DNA of 64,000 nucleotides. It comes from the human T2T-CHM13v2.0 reference genome, Homo sapiens. The stretch lies in NCBI RefSeq assembly GCF_009914755.1, contig NC_060928.1, one strand, 5' to 3'. The notes under the pieces were generated by a model. That model was given only the letters and a program-made list of their open reading frames with translations, was not told the DNA's origin and did not search any database. Below, in pieces: positions 42,514 to 55,995 of this stretch. The position numbers were made by a program, and so were the translations under genes. Within the stretch, counting starts at the first letter, position 1, and each line of letters begins with the position of its first letter.

Positions 42514-44429
42514 AATTTGATATCCTTCACCAAATTGGTTTGCAGGTGAATTCAGATGAGAATAAAATGGCCAAAAACAAGCATAAAATAGCAAACATGG
42601 AAGGCTAAAAAACTTAAAGAATAGGGGCAATAAAGAATGCAATAATTGTGTTAAGAAATGTTGAATACATTTAAAATGATAAAAGGTAAAAAGGAGAAAG
42701 TGGTTTTACTGCACATGACTCATGCAGGCAACTAACTTTCTTAGCACCTATTTCTTACAGGAAAATAATTAGCTGCACACATAAAAGCTAAGATTAAATG
42801 AGAACAATTTGCAATCATTCTTGAGATGTGGAATGTTCATGATCACATCCCTATAACATGCACTACCACCCACTGCATAGCTCATGGCCCCATTGATCAT
42901 AATTTCCATCCATCACATGCCAAGAGTTATATGAACTCTTCTTAAGAGAGAGGAATAATAGTTACTCTATCCTTTTTAAATTTCATCAGATAACACCTTT
43001 TCTTTTTCCTGCGAATATACTACTATAACTTTATTTGAGCTTATATAATTGCATATGTCCAAACCATTGAGTCAAAATGCTATTTCGTACTATTAAAAAT
43101 ATTTTACATACATGTACAATAGCACTCCTCCTCAATCTCAACCCCTCCAGTTACATGCTAGACTTAAACTGATTCCCTAATGTGTGCTTTATTCAACCAT
43201 ATCAGCTCACATTATTCCCTACTTAGTACTTCTGTGCAATTCAGACCAGCATCAGTGGCTTCCTGTTACACCTATGTGGTTAGAATTACAAAGGGTTTTG
43301 GTGAAAACCCAGCTGTGACATTCTCCTTTATTTCACCCCAGTCAAATGTCTGGCTCTTAGAGACCTTCCATTCTCGCATAGAATCTGCTACCAACAGGCT
43401 CTCTTTAGTTTCCATTTTATGAATAAAAATTTTCAAACTTTGATCTCAGCTCCAGCTTCATTATCCCAAACTTTCCGTGACTTAGAATGAAATTTCAAAA
43501 CAAATACAGTGCTTGAGGAACAAACACTCCAAGCAATTCAGGGTTCAGGTATGTGGGACTGAATGAATAACCTTAGGATATTTGAGAAGGGAATACAGTT
43601 TTCACTCCTGTCTGGGACAGTCACCTTTTCTAAACCTTATTTTCTCCCTTTTCTTGTCTGTTCTTCCCTGACAGCAAGATGCTTTGTATTCTTCAGCTCT
43701 CTGTGACTGCCACGATAATTCATTTACAAAAAAATGTGTTATGTGTCTAATAAGTTACATCTTAGGAATATTTAAATTTCTAAATAATACCAGACAAAGG
43801 GAAGAAACTCTTTAAAAGGGGGACCAGTACAAAAATCACTGAGTTATAAAACAGGAAGTGACGCAAATTCTTCTTCCTTGGGTTTCATTGTGTGTGGTAG
43901 CTTATTCATCCAATTTTTCAACAAATATTTTTTAAGAGCCAATATATACCTTCATGGTGCTTGAATTCTTTTATCTTATTTCAATTTGTTCTGTACCAGT
44001 GTTAGCTGGACATTTGTCTAGCTTCCCTCTCACTTGTGGACTAGTTTCAAGAACAAATTGAGCTGATTGTATGGTACAGTAGTGCCTTATATATAGTACT
44101 CACTCAATAAATGAGGAATTTAATTCGTTCTCATCTAGTTCCCCATTGGAAAAAAAGTGCATTGTAATCTTAAGGGACTTTTGCAATATTCTACATCTGG
44201 TCAGTGGAAAACAAAATAATTCACTAGCATTTTAGGTGCCAGTATAAAAAACACTTTTTGCATAATGTTAACAATCAAATCATACCATATTGGCACCGTC
44301 TGATTCAAATTTGAATCTTTAGCACCAATTTATTTGAAAATTATACTTTTAATTTTTACGTTCTCATAACTATTAAGTTAACTATTCCTGGTTGGTCCTG
44401 ATGCATTATAGAATTTTATGATCACTATG

Positions 44430-44770
44430 CAGTGTGGCCTGACAGGATCTATGGCAGGAACAGCCTCACTATGCTCAGAGTGCATTCGTAAGAAAAGCTT
44501 CAGTTTTAAGAGGAGTGATATAAACCTAGAATGACAGGGGAAAAGGGTGACCAGATGTAGGATGAAAATACAGTTAAATGAAAAATGGCTAAGGAATCAG
44601 AGGATTTTGGACCTTGAATATCAAGAATTTCAGGGGCCCCATTAATGCTATTTTCAAATCTTTGAAGGTGTTGAATTTAGTAAATGAATAAATGATTTAT
44701 GTGTGTCTTCAGAGACAGGAATAAAACCAAAGCTGAAGAAAAAGAAAATCAATTGCTATCAGTTTAACTA
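44430..44770 (+). mobile_element. L3/CR1 relic
   Basis: cagttttaagaggagtgatataaacctagaa...aagggtgaccagatg...ttttcaaatctttgaagg. Confidence 0.5.
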
Positions 44771-44814
44771 TAACTAATTTATTGAATCAGTTGGACTCAG
44801 TAGGATACAAAAAG

Positions 44815-44940
44815 GAAGAGCAAGAGAGTGAGTGAATAAGAGAGAGAGAGAGAAAGAAAAAAGGAAGAAAGAAAGAGAGAAAGAGGAAGGAAGGGGAAAG
44901 AAAGAGAGAAAGAGAAAGAGAGAGAGAGAAAGAGAGAAAG

Positions 44941-44999
<59 letters not shown>

Positions 45000-45128
45000 A
45001 AAAGAGAAAAAGAAAAAGGGAAAGGGAAAGGAAAGGAATGAAGGGAGGGAGGGAGGAAAGAAAGAAGGGAGGGAGGGAGGAAGGAAGGAAGGGAGGGAAA
45101 GAGAGATAAAGAATAAGCAAGCAAGCAA
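44815..45128. repeat. Compound polypurine microsatellite (GA, GAAA x15, GGAA, GGGA)
   Basis: Uninterrupted purines 44838-45038; (GAAA)15 at 44942-45001. Confidence 0.97.
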
Positions 45129-47081
45129 GGTTTTGCCCTCTGACCTTTCATATACACCCCTAGGGTGTTTCTCTTTCCTCATCATTTATTGGCATCTAGG
45201 ACAAGCCTCTCTGCCCACATTCAGTCACAAGAACAGTCTCATTTCAGTACTTTTCAAAGCCCCACCCAATAATATAAAAAGCTTTGAATCTTATCCTATT
45301 TGAAGCTTCTCCCTTCCCCTGTATCTGGCTGGAAATATGAAGTGCATGAGAGATTGGCCTCCTCTCTCTTCCCAGCTCCACTTCTTCCCCTCACTCCCTA
45401 GCTACTCTGTGATGGCTCCCAGGTCAGACCCAGGTAGTGAGAGAAGATTAGGCAGAAGCGGCTCAGTTGTATGCGGTTGGTTGAGTTACTTTCAGGGCTT
45501 TTTTGCTGACAGTGTTTCTCAACAGTGTTTCTGCAGATTCCTAGAAACTCTTCTACTGGGTATTCCTCCACTGCCGGTCAACCTGGGCAAGGCTGCTCCT
45601 CCAGCCGGCTGCTTAGGACTAATCTGGGCTTCTGCTGGGTCCCTCTGCTGTGCTCTCCTTGTCCCTTCAGGCAGTCCTTTTGGGTGGAATCCTTTTCAAG
45701 CTGACCTACAGCCAATTCCTTTTGGTGCGATTTAAATCTAGATAATAGTAAGGACATGCATTTGCCTACAGCTGGAGCAAGTGCAGCTCGTTCTATAGCT
45801 CACTCTCAAAGTCATTTTTCTTCCTTTTGACACCAGCAAAGCACAGCTCCAGCCACAGCCTCTCCCATTAGACCAAGAGTAACTCAAGTATCACATCTTC
45901 ACACATCAAGAGCTTGACCAAAACGTTATTTCAGGGTTTTAGCCTGATTCTTCCTTGAAGGTTTCTCACTTAGAGTGCGGTGGAAAGTACCTTCTTCTCC
46001 CCTTATCCCAGTGACACAGAAAATGTTCCCCAAAGAAATGTCTTTCTGGAAGGCTTTCAACCCTGGCCTTTTATAGACGCCTGTGAATGAGTGATAACTA
46101 GTACAGGCAGGTCTAATTTAGGATCACCCCCTTTGCAAGTCTAGCTCCATGATTTAGAATGTTTTGTTCTCCAACTTTGGGCCTCCGGAGACAACAGAAA
46201 ATAATTTTAGTGAACATCCTTTGGCTTACCTAAAAATGTTTCAATAATTCAGAGGTTCAGAAAATTTAACTATCAGCCTTATCAGCCTTGTGAACCCCTA
46301 GATAATTCAAGTCGGGGCTAAATCTCTATTTTAGACTGTGAGAGAACAGATAAGTCTCCAGCATAGATTGAGAAGGTGATAATCTCTAAGTTCCTTTTAG
46401 CTCCTAGGATTTGCTGATCCACAGGCTGCCTCTGTCAGATGAGCCGAGTGGTCTCCTAGTCTTCAAAAACAAACAAAAGGAAGAACATCAACAGAAAACC
46501 AGAATGTGATGCAACTCAATAAACATCTCCACATATCCTACTTGGCTATTATGTATTTGATCTCTTCTCATTTTGTTTGAGTTGGCAAATCATGATAGCA
46601 CCAAGATTGTTATTTCAACTCTAAAATGAAATCTCTAGAGGGATAAAAGGAGAGTTCTGAGTTCAGATGTAATAAGTATTAAGATAATCAGTAGAGGCTT
46701 AGAAAAGAAAATAGTAACAACATTGGAACAATTAAGCAATGTGGAAATCTTCAACTCTATTTAAAAATAATTACAATAATGATAATTAAAATAATTTTAT
46801 TATCATTTTCGTTTCCTTCGGGGTCTTTCATTTTAATTGCACTTAGGCATTTTCTTTCTCAGGCCAGAGTTAGTATCCTCCCTGCCCCCCACAACTTGCT
46901 TTGGTTTGATTTCTCTCCAGTAACTGAAAGAATTAGGTTAGCTTTTTCCTAATCTTCCTGATACTGAGGTGATCAGTAAATGCATTTTTTGCTCTCTGAG
47001 AAAACTTGGGTGCAGAACTTGTTACTTCTCTGAGTGGTCCTATGGAATACACACATACCCCATTAGTGTGAAATGTAGATT

Positions 47082-47633
47082 TGTCACCAGAAAGGGGTCC
47101 TGATCCAGACACCAAGAGAGAGTTCTGGGATCTTGCTCAAGAAAGAATTTGGGGTGAGTCCATAGAGTAAAGTGAAAGCAAGTTTATTAAGAGAGTAAAG
47201 GAATGAAATAATGGCTACTCCAGAAGCAGAGCAGCCATGAGGGCAGCTGGTTGCTGATTTTTATGGTTATTTCTTGATTATATGGTAAACAAGGGGTGAA
47301 TTATTCATGCCTCCCTTTTTAGACCATGTAAGTAAATTCCTGACATTGTCATGGCATTTCTAAACTGTCATGTCGCAGGTCAAAGTATAACAGTGAGGAT
47401 GACCAGAGGTCACTCAAGTCGCCGTCTTGGTTTCAGTAGGTTTTGGCCAACGTCTTTACTGCAACCTGTTTTATCAGCAAGGTCTTCATGATCTGTATCT
47501 TGTGCTGACCTCCTATCTCATCCTGTGGCTAAGAATGCCTTATCTATCTGGGAATGCAGCCGAGGGGGTCTTAGCCTTATTTTACGTAGCCCCTATTCAA
47601 GATGGAGTTGCTCTGGTTTAAATGCCTCTAACA
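47082..47633 (-). mobile_element. MER41A ERV1 solo LTR with 4-bp TSD
   Basis: tgtcaccagaaaggggtcc...caagatggagttgctctggtttaaatgcctctaaca; TSD gatt at 47078-47081 and 47634-47637. Confidence 0.92.
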
Positions 47634-48089
47634 GATTTTCTAACATTTGCATAAAGAAAATGGAGAAGAAGGTTAACATTTTGCACCCTAAATCAAATAA
47701 TTTAAAATTTCTCATATATTCTTGCCTCTAAAACCCCTCTTCAGCTAAACCTCCATGGAAGATTTTTTTTTTCTTTTGACTTTTCACTTTCTTACTGCAA
47801 TATCTTGACTTTGGATCCTTTTCTCCTCTCCCCAGGTTTTCCTCAGAAATTTCTCATTCTTTCCTCTACATGAGGAGTCATTTCACTACCTCAGCACCTA
47901 TTGCACATTTTTTATATTCAAACACATTCCAGTCATGTTCAGCAAACAAAAAGAGCCTCAAACAGCTCCTGCCATCCTGAGAACACAATTTATCCAAGAA
48001 CTTTGGCTACTAAAACACACTGACCACAGTTTATCCTCCTCATCCCTAAGGTTTATCAAGGTAGTCTTCTGAATGAGATGTTCTCCTTC

Positions 48090-49644
48090 TGTATTACTCA
48101 GTTTTCATGCTGCTGATAAAGACATACCCAAGACTGGGAAGGAAAAGAAGTTTAATGGGCTCACAGTTCCACATGGATGGGGAGGCCTCACAATCATGGC
48201 AGAAGGTGAAATGCACATCTCACATGGCAGCAGAAAAGAGAAGAGAGCTTGTGCAGGGAAACTCCCCTTTGTAAAACCACCAGATCTCCTGAGACTTATT
48301 TACTATCAGAAGAAGAGCACGGGAAAGCCCTGCCCCCATAATTCAATTACCTCCCACTGCATTACTCCCACAACACATGGGAATTCAAGATAAGATTTGG
48401 TGGGGACACAGCCAAACCATATCATCCTGTCCCTGGCCCCACCCAAATCTCATGTCCTCACATTTCAAAACCAATCATGCCTTCCCAACAGTTCCCCAAA
48501 GTCTTAACTCATTTCAGCATTAACTCAAAAGTCTACAGTCCAAAGTCTCATCCAAGACAAGGCAAGTCCCTTGCGCCTACAAGCCTGTAAAACCAAATGC
48601 AAGTTAGTTACTTCCTAGATACAATGGGGGTACAGGCATTGGGTAAATACAGCCATTCCAAATGGGAGAAATTGGCCAAAACAAAGGGGCTACAGGCCCC
48701 ATGCAAGTCCAAAATCCAGTGGGGTAATCACATCTTAAAGCTCCAAAATGATCTCCTTTGATTCCATGTCTCACATCCAGGTCACACTAATGCAAGAGGT
48801 GGGCTCCCACGGCCTTGGGCAGCTCCACCTCTATAGCTTTGCAGGGCATAGCCCCCCTCCTGGCTTTTTTCACAGGCTGGCATTGAGTGTCTATGGCTTT
48901 TCCAGGCACACAGTGCAAGCTGTTGGTGGATCTACCATTCTGGGGTCTGGAGAATGGTGGCCCTCTTCTCACAGCTCCACTAGGCAGTGCCCCGGTAGGG
49001 ATTCTGTGTGGGGACTCTGAACCCACATTTCCCTTCTGTGCTGCCCTAGCAGAGGCTCTCCATGAGGGCCTGCCCCTGCAGCAAACTTCTGCCTGGGCAT
49101 CCAGGCATTTCTGTACATCTGATATCTAGGCGGAGGTTCCCAAACCTTAATTCTTCACTTCTGTGCACCCGCAGGCTCAACACCAATAGAAGCTGCCAAG
49201 GCTTGGGGTTTCCACCCTCTGAAGCAACAGCTTGAGCTATACCTTGGCCCCTTTTAGTCACAGCTAGAGCAGCTGGGATGCAGGGCACCAAGGGCTTCAC
49301 ACAGCAGTGCCCCACTCTACTGGTACCAATTTACTGTATTCATCAGTTTTCATGCTGCTGATACATACCTGAGACTGGGAAGAAAAAGAGGTGGTAATGG
49401 ACTTTTCAGTTCCACATGGCTGGGGAGGCCTGTCAGTCATGGCGGAAGGTGAAAGGCATGTCTTACATGGCGGCAGACAAGAGAAGAGAGTTTGTGCAGG
49501 GAAATTCCCCTTTTTAAAACCATCAGCTCTTGTAAGACTTATTCACTATCACAAGAACAGCCTGGGAAAGACCTGCCCCCATGATTCAATTACCTTCCAG
49601 CAGGTCACTCCCACAACATGTGGGGACACAGCCAAACCATATCA
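48090..49644 (-). mobile_element. THE1 (C-like) MaLR: LTR-internal-LTR with internal deletion
   Basis: LTRs 48090-48424 and 49335-49644, both ending ggggacacagccaaaccatatca; internal 48425-49334; TSD ccttc / ccttg. Confidence 0.95.
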
Positions 49645-50667
49645 CCTTGCATTGATACATGTAATCTCAATGAAATAATGCAAATTTTCTTTATGCTTTG
49701 TTTCTCTGTTCTGCCAACTGAAGCTGAGTGGATAATTTGGGGTATTATTTTCCTCGGTAGTCACAGTAATCACTTTCAACCAGATGGCACAAATATATGA
49801 GGAAGCAGTTGTGCAAAGTGAAGAGGGTTCTTGGATCTCGCACAGCTTTCCTGTGCTCTGCATTTTGAAGATTTCTGAGTCAGCAAGCCCTGAAGACATC
49901 ACCAATAGGACGCTATTTCTTCCCAGGGTCTGCCCATATTTCTCATGGCTCCAAGAACTACATTCCACAAGATTATTTTTATGTCCAACCATACATCTAG
50001 AAACTTGTTTAGATGGAAATAATGACAAAAATGACCCAGATGATTATCCTTTGAATTTATAGGGTACTTTTCTGAGGGACTCCAAATTCTTCTAAGGCTA
50101 GAAGTCTCCCCGTCACTTCTCCTCCCTAACTACCATAATCCAAAAAGTAGTGATTATACCTATACATGAAGACTTATTTCAAGAATTTAAATACTTTTTA
50201 AAGAGTTAACCATAAATACAGAGTCCTGGCATGTTCCACCCATACCTGACGCCAGGAATTATGAAATAGGAAGCTGGCAGTGAGTTACGGTGCCTACTCT
50301 GGTTGTAAAGTAGTTTACTTTCTGCCTGAGTAAAGCATTAAGACGTGCGTCAGGTATCGTTAGAGAAGTTGTTCAGCAACTGTCAGCCCCCAAATAATTA
50401 CAGACCACAGTTTCTCCTAAGATGTGCTCCCCACTTTCCACCATGGCAGTAACTGCCTTACACCACCTGTTCCATCAGCATTGCATGTGAGAATGTGAGG
50501 GACAGGCCTGCTGCTTGCCTGAGGTTAATGATTACCCTGTGGATTTTCTCTACGATTTACACATTCTGATGTTTTCCTGCTGTGTATGATCACCTGGCAA
50601 CTTTTACAGGGAAAGAAAGAAGTGCACTGCAGGTCAAGATTACCCATAGACTTTCTCACTGACTCTG

Positions 50668-50723
50668 AGTGTGTGTGGGTGTGAGTGTCGATGTGTGTGG
50701 TGTGTGTGTGTGTGTGTGTGTGC
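50668..50723. repeat. (TG)n microsatellite, imperfect
   Basis: Direct reading. Confidence 0.9.
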
Positions 50724-52959
50724 GTAATCAACAACATTGCTGCAGTACCTTTGAACCACATTGGAAAAGGAGGAACCAAAGGCAAGAAAACGACTTGAAT
50801 CAAAATCATCTCTCCAAGTGTATTATTGATCCATAGAAGGAATGTTCTTGTAGGGTAGCAAAATGACTTTCATGAGGGCTATGTGCATACTGCTTAGGAC
50901 AGATATTACTGCTCTATATATTTAAATTGATGTTTTGCAAAATAAACACACAAAAGCACATGACATGAACCTTCGTCAACATTCCTTAAATACTGCCTTT
51001 ACTAAGGAAAGCACAGGTCCTCATGTGGTTAAGAGACCATAATTTTGGCCTAGGAAGCTAGTCTTTACGTTGAGAAAATGAAAGCCCTTTGAAAATTAAT
51101 AGTTCTGCATGTCTTCATTCACTTTACAAGGGCACAACCATGCTGATTCCTGCACTGTAGCAATTTAAGGAGAGTAAGCATCAGCCTCACCTGAGAGATA
51201 TGAATCATGATGTAATCTTCCCCAGATTGCCCCCATTCATCCAGCCTCCCACAACTTCCCAGTTCACTACAGTAATACACATCTCCTCCAGACACTTCTG
51301 AGAGTTGAGGCTGGACATCTCAGTAAATATGAACAGAGCCTCTTTCCCAATAAGTTAGCTAATTTAGGTTAGTACATTAAAATTCCCTGAAATGGTATTT
51401 GGAGTCTCTTGGAACATTTTATTCCTTAGGCAAATGTGGCCCAAAATAAAATTGCATATCCCCAAAATGCATCTGTTCCAGGGTTCAGGCCCATCCACAG
51501 AAAAATACAGCTGCCTCTCTGTGGCTTACCCTGCCTGGATCCCTAATGAGGCTCTGCTAATCTCCAATTCCTATAAGCGGCTCATTTCTTACTACATCTT
51601 GGGCTTACAGCTGTGTGGCTTTTGGGATGAGATTCTTTTTAAAAAGCTATGTTGAAAGGCAATCCATTTGATCAGAGGGAAATATCTTGACTTCATCTTT
51701 TATCAGTTCCCAGTGATACTTGGGCTGCAGGTGGAATCCTGCAGTTACCTTGTTTAACATTAAAAATAATTTCATTTTCCTGCCAGAAGCTGGTCTTACT
51801 GATCATGTTGCTGCTTAGAAGCCTGGAGAATCATGACTTTTACCTAACTTTTAGTAGTGAGAGATGGCAGATAATTCTAATTAAGAAAGAAACACAGATG
51901 GGGAGAACGACTGCAATGCAGAACAAGAATAACAAGTCTACTGTAGCAGTGATTTCCATAATCCAAAAGAGAAAGGGAAATTGTCAAGGCAGCAGGAATT
52001 GCTTTCAAGAGCAGTCTCTACTCCAAGAATAAAGCAGAGATGCAGCTGAACTTACTCAGATGCTCTACTTCTTTCTTCAGTACGGTTGAGGATTTCAATT
52101 TAATCTAGTGCTGCAAAACCAACAGTTCAGTAGAAAACACCACCAATTCTGAAGGGAAAATCAGTTTACTATTGCATTAACTATATTTAAATTCAGAAGG
52201 TCTGAAGACATTTTCCCCAAGGCATTACTTATTTTCTTTACTTCAAATCATTAGTTAAATCTTCTTTTTGAAGATTTAAAATTGATAACTGTCAATGCCT
52301 GTAGTCCTGTGACTTGCTGTAATTGATAGTCTGCTGACTTGGGTGTCTAATACTGTTGTCAAATGATTGAATGTTTATTAATTATATCCCTGTGCCATGG
52401 CAATGGCTATTACCCAGGGCAGCATAACATGAATGCTAAATCTGAATACAGTACAGAGAAAATCTAAGATTCTCAATAAATCAGAACCTATTTGTATATA
52501 TGGCTCTCATAACAGACAATAGATCTTCTATGTACAAGCAATAAAAAACAAGAAGCAAATCTACCTCTAGAATTAGAGAAGTCATAGCTTTAGGGTCAGC
52601 TAAACCTAACTCCATGTAAACACATGAAGAGTCTATATTGCCTTCTGGATAATCCATTTATTCACAACTTGAGTGGTTTATAACAGATACAACCAACTCA
52701 ATAACTCACAAATGGAGAAAGTTGTGGAAATTGATCAAAGAAATACTAAACACCAAGTATCTCTCATTCAACACTGAAAATTTACAAAAATAGTCTTTAA
52801 CATTCAGAATCTAAAGAATTGTTAATGAGCCTAAAGGACTTACCAGATCAGTGTCAAAGGTCCTGTAACTGAATGTAGAGAGAAATTTGGGTTCTGTTTT
52901 GGCTAGAAAGGGATAGTGAAACAATTTCAATTGGTTGACTATTGCCTATCTCACATTTT

Positions 52960-53250
52960 TTATATAGCTCATTTACTTCTCATGGCAGTGCAGATATTAT
53001 TGTCTCCATTTTAAAGAAAAATAAATTGGGACCAAGATAATAGTAATAACACTTACAATGATTGTTTTTATTACTATTAGAGTTAACATTTGGAGGAAAA
53101 ATATGTCAGTTAACCATACTAAGTCCTTTAACTGTATTATCTTACAGGAACCTTTCCAGAAAAGGTCAATATTTTCATCCTCAATTTATAGATGAAGAAA
53201 TTGAGGCTTGCAGAGTTAGAATAATTCGCCCAAGATTACACAGCAAAAAC
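52960..53250 (-). mobile_element. MIR fragments
   Basis: attattgtctccattttaaag; caatttatagatgaagaaattgaggcttgcagagttagaataattcgcccaagattacacagc. Confidence 0.75.
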
Positions 53251-53564
53251 AATAATGCCAAGATTAATACCACAGTCAAAAGCAGCTCTTTCAGAATTTG
53301 TCTAGCAGGATTTCTAGTTTTCACCGGAAAACCTCCCACAAAAATAAAACCAAACAACAACAACAACAACAAAAACCCAGTCACTTCTACCACCAATTGG
53401 GACAGATATGATATGCTTTACTTGCTATAAATCTGATAATTTTTCAAGTTACTGGTAATGTGAAATGTGATGGTCCTCTGTAAATTACCAGTAACAAGTG
53501 CAATAATTGAAAGTGTATGGTATTCACTAGGAAAATAAAGGCAATATTTAAAATATGAAACCTA

Positions 53565-53855
53565 GACCAGGCCCAGTGGCTCACACTTATAATCGCAACC
53601 CTTTGGGAGTTGATTGCTTGAGGCCAGGAGTTTGAGACCAGCCTGGGCAACATAGTGAGACCCTGTCTCTACAAAAAACACAAAAACTTAGTTGGGCATG
53701 GCGGCAGACACCTGTAGTCCTAGCCACTAGGGAGGCTGAGGTGGGGGAGGAAAGACGATTTGAGCCCAAGAGTTTGAGGTTGCAGTGACCTATGATTGTG
53801 CCACTGCACTCCAGCCTGGGCAACAGACCCTATCAAAAATACATAAATAAATAAA
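53565..53855 (+). mobile_element. AluJ with small left-arm deletion
   Basis: gattgcttgaggccaggagtttgagacc; degenerate TSD atgaaacctag / atgaaatctag. Confidence 0.92.
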
Positions 53856-54151
53856 GCATGAAATCTAGTGTCAGGTATTTGTGGTCTAGTCAGTGATATA
53901 CTCAGCAGGAGTATTACAGTTGTTAGTCCCTGCATTAGTATAGCAAATAAACAACTTCCATGAACTTCTTACCAAAAAATTTCATGGTGATACCAACATT
54001 GCTTTGAGCACCAATAAATACATTCATAGCTCATTATCCTCATCAGTTAACCTTCATCTTATAAAAGCACAATTAACTATTGACTTCATGATTAAAGGTT
54101 GTTCTCAATTTCAAGAGTGGGGACCCTTGAAGATTTTGCCAGCCAAGGTTA

Positions 54152-54542
<391 letters not shown>

Positions 54543-54699
54543 TTAAGATCTACAAATTGATAAACAGAAAGTTCCAGGAAGAAGTTTGGAAATATTCTTG
54601 AATTGTACTAAAGCACCTACAGTATTTCAAAGTAATTTGCCAGACATGTTTTCTAATGTAGGTTTTATAGTTTCTGGGGTTTTTCTACTTACTGACTGC

Positions 54700-55070
54700 G
54701 TGAGGGGCCCAGGAACTATTAGAGTGTGCATATAACAGTGTGTGTCTCTCTACTTCCCAGGCTCCCTTGCAGCTGAGTTGGCCATATGACTGACAGCAAG
54801 CCCTGGAATGCAGCCAGAAGTGATAGAAGCCTCTTTCACACCATGCTCCTAAAATATTCCAAGAAATTTTCCAAACCTACTCTTTTTAGTCTGTGCATCT
54901 GGAAGTGAAAGTTTTAGAAAGGGTAAAGTCACTTAATGGAAAGGGCCCAGATCTAGCCCCTCGGAGCCAAGCTGTCCAACTAGAAATTCTGCATTAGTAT
55001 TTGCGGGTGAGTATTAACCTTTGTCGGGCTAAGCCATAGAGAATTGTTTTAATTGCAGTCAGCCTGATTT
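54700..55070 (+). mobile_element. Old MaLR LTR (MLT1J/K-like)
   Basis: acttcccaggctcccttgcagctgagttggccatatgactg...ggaatgcagccagaagtgat; gctaagcca. Confidence 0.6.
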
Positions 55071-55267
55071 TATAGTGACCTTGGATCCAGAATATTACTT
55101 AGATATTACTAGTATCTACTTCATAAAGTCTCTGTGAGGATGGAATAAGATAATGAACTCAAATGTAAAGCAACTCCTTCTTTACATGAGTTTGAGTCTG
55201 TAGTATAAAAATTGTAAGTTATGTGTTTTATGATATATGCCTCTAAAAATAAATACACATGCAATTA

Positions 55268-55291
55268 TACACACACACACACACACACACA
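55268..55291. repeat. (CA)n microsatellite
   Basis: Direct reading. Confidence 0.95.
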
Positions 55292-55949
55292 AGCATATAT
55301 ATATGTTTGTAAACTTACGCCTCGCTCAGTCCATATATTCCTCCACTGTGAATAGAAATGTATAGAAAGCAAGCGGTCTTTAGGGTGGCTATTTGGTGGT
55401 TACCAGACATAGAAAAAGAAGGTAATAAAATATAAATTTTAGGACAGTCTTTCGCTGATTATGCCAGACTCCTACCAGCATCTTTCCACACCAGATCAAT
55501 GGAACAGAAAATTCAATCATGTAGACTCATAGAATGGCAAGCCCACAGGGTGAATGAACTCAATATAGCTCTTTATATCGAAAGCCGAGAAATAGAGAAT
55601 TCAGGTTTGTGTCTCAATATGATAGCCTCTGCATGTTACTATAAAGCAAATGTGAGCTTTTCCCAAGATAGAAAACTATTGTGACTGATTTCTGGGACTT
55701 TTAGAAGCCCCTCTATATGCAACTGAATTAGATAGCCAAAGAACTCTTCCTAACAGTGGTTATTTCTGCATCAGGTGGTAGAAAATGAGGATCACAATTT
55801 TAGAAAAGATCCCAACACTTTCTCACTAGAAGTTACAGAAATCATCAGAATGACTAGCATAGGTAAAAATCAGTTATACCTATAGGTTTTCAGAAGTAAA
55901 AATATGTCTTTTGGATTTGCTTTTTTTTTTTTTTTTTGGTTAAATAAAT

Positions 55950-55995
55950 ATGTATCCTGGAACTTAAAGTAAAATAAAATTAAAAATTAAAAAAA
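55950..55995 (+). mobile_element. Very short L1PA 3' terminus
   Basis: atgtatcctggaacttaaagtaaaataaaa plus A-rich tail; possible degenerate TSD aaataaatatg / aaagaaagatg. Confidence 0.65.

Noticed and set aside
44774-45185. Phe/Ser/Leu-rich and Lys/Glu/Arg-rich ORFs
   Set aside because: Translations of the purine microsatellite
45200-46190. GC-richer block with a 132-aa ORF
   Set aside because: Probably an ancient LTR; no protein similarity and family not assignable with confidence
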